DNA of 64,000 bases from Candidatus Eiseniibacteriota bacterium (GTDB taxonomy: Bacteria; Eisenbacteria; RBG-16-71-46). Numbering within the stretch: position 1 is the stretch's first letter; each line of letters opens with the position of its first letter. The notes below the pieces were generated by a model. The model made no database searches and was not told the DNA's origin. It was given only the letters and a program-made list of their open reading frames with translations. Where the stretch lies: contig CAVQXP010000004.1 of NCBI GenBank assembly GCA_963717935.1, positions 864,001 through 928,000 of the forward strand. The letters are read 5' to 3'. A program made the position numbers and the translations under genes. Positions 62,728 to 64,000 of this stretch are shown here, one piece after another.

Positions 62728-62767
62728 GATCGAGCTCCCGTCCGATCAACGATACGGAGGTGTGACG

Positions 62768-63682
62768 ATGGCCAGTCAGCGCAAGTCCGCGAGCCCGACC
62801 CGAGCCGCGAAGACCGTGAAGCAGAAGACGGCGCGCCGCGGGAAGTCCGCGGCGAAAGCGCGGCCGCGGTCGGCTGGCGCGGCTGCGACCCGTCACGCCC
62901 GGCCCGCGAAGCCCACCCGGAGGACACCCGTGCCGAAGAAGAAGGCGGTGACCGTGAAGCAGAAGAAGAAGGCCGCCCCGGCGTCGAAGAAGGCCGCCCG
63001 GACGCCGAAGAAGGCCGCTCCCGTGGCGAAGAAGCGTGCCCCCGGTCGAAGAAGACCGCCGCCCGGGCCGCCGCGCCGGCGGTGAAGAAGACGGCGCCGC
63101 GCGCCGCCTGAAGGCGGTGCCGCGTCCACCCACGCCCGGCCCCACGGTGCGCCCGCTCGGCGTGCTGCCTCCGGAGGCGCGCGCGCGCAGCGCCGAGCGC
63201 CAGGCGCACGGTCGCCGCGGTCCTGCCGCGGCCGGCGGCCGCGCCCGGGGCGGCCGGCGAAGCCGGGACCGAAGGCCCCGGGCGCTGCAGCGCGTGACGG
63301 AGAAGGACCTCAAGGAGCTCGAGGCGATGCTGCTCGCGGAGCGGGTGCGCGCTGATGAAGGAGATGGGGCACCTGGAGAGCACGGTGCTCAAGGTGAACC
63401 CGCGCGAGAGCGCCGGCGACCTCTCCGGCTACTCGTTCCACATGGCGGACGCGGGCACGGATGCGTACGAGCGCGAGAAGGCGCTTCCAGTTCGCCTCGA
63501 CCGAGGGGCGGCTGCTGCTGGACCTCGACGAGGCGCTGCGCCGGCTCTACCGCGGCGAGTACGGCACCTGCGAGTCGTGCGGCAGCGCGATCGCGAAGGC
63601 GCGGCTCGAGGCGATGCCCACGGCGCGGCTGTGCCGTGACTGCAAGGAGAAGGAGGAGCGGGAGAACCGCCCGCAGCAGTGA
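62768..63682 (+). CDS. TraR/DksA C4-type zinc-finger protein with long Lys/Ala/Pro-rich N-terminus (several frameshifts)
   Basis: GGAGG RBS; KKAA repeats; SFHMADAGTDAYERE; EALRRLYRGEYGTCESCG...RLEAMPTARLCRDCK. Confidence 0.82.
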
Positions 63683-64000
63683 GACGCTCCCTGCCCCTGC
63701 TGGCGGCGCTGGCCGTCGTCGTCGTCGCGCTGGACCGGTGGACCAAGCACTGGGCCAGCACGACGCTGACCTTCGGCCAGCCGGTCCAGGTGGTGGGCGA
63801 TTACCTGCGCCTCACCTACACCCGCAACTCGGGCGTGGCATTCGGCATCGGACAGGGCACCGGCTTCCCGTACTACGTCTTCTCGCTGGTCGCCATCGTC
63901 GCGATCGTGTGGATGTTCCTGCGCGGCCGGGAGGGGCGCGATCCGGTGCGCCGGGTCGCGCTCGCGCTCATCCTGGGCGGCGCGGTCGGCAACCTCGTGG
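63679..64000 (+). CDS. lspA: lipoprotein signal peptidase II (partial, runs off the window)
   Basis: GTGA overlap; LDRWTKHW, LTYTRNSGVAFG, ALILGGAVGNL. Confidence 0.92.
   Translation, partial: MRRSLPLLAALAVVVVALDRWTKHWASTTLTFGQPVQVVGDYLRLTYTRNSGVAFGIGQGTGFPYYVFSLVAIVAIVWMFLRGREGRDPVRRVALALILGGAVGNLV

Overview
Very GC-rich bacterial chromosomal segment with a diderm-type envelope (lipoproteins, predicted outer-membrane barrels). Several secreted proteins end in FlgD-Ig/T9SS-CTD-like tails and one ends in TWGxLKxLYR, which suggests an FCB-related candidate phylum such as Ca. Eisenbacteria; this is inference, not a database result. Housekeeping content: tmk, ctpA, mtnX-like, dusB, larB, larC, an ECF-type ATPase, an M16 peptidase pair, ppdK, a split transketolase, tRNA-Leu-smpB-amidase-GerMN-murI-rph-rdgB, pyk, tRNA-Pro/Arg/His, ssb, tmRNA, a hybrid histidine kinase, yggS-yggT-yggU-PNP, a dksA-like gene and lspA. 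Uncharacterised envelope loci lie at about 8-21 kb, 28-31.5 kb, 33-40 kb, 42.6-44.5 kb and 50-55 kb. About 25 frameshifts, mostly single-base insertions, break otherwise intact genes and are best explained as long-read consensus errors. The top finding is that the first G of the tmRNA is the last base of the ssb stop codon, and no separate promoter is visible. tmRNA maturation could therefore turn ssb mRNA into a non-stop message that tmRNA itself must rescue. Also notable: a lamin-tail/beta-barrel operon carrying two different C-terminal sorting signals, a ~1455-aa secreted protein with signs of high expression, leaderless-type promoters and a CTG start codon. No CRISPR array, prophage or transposase was seen.
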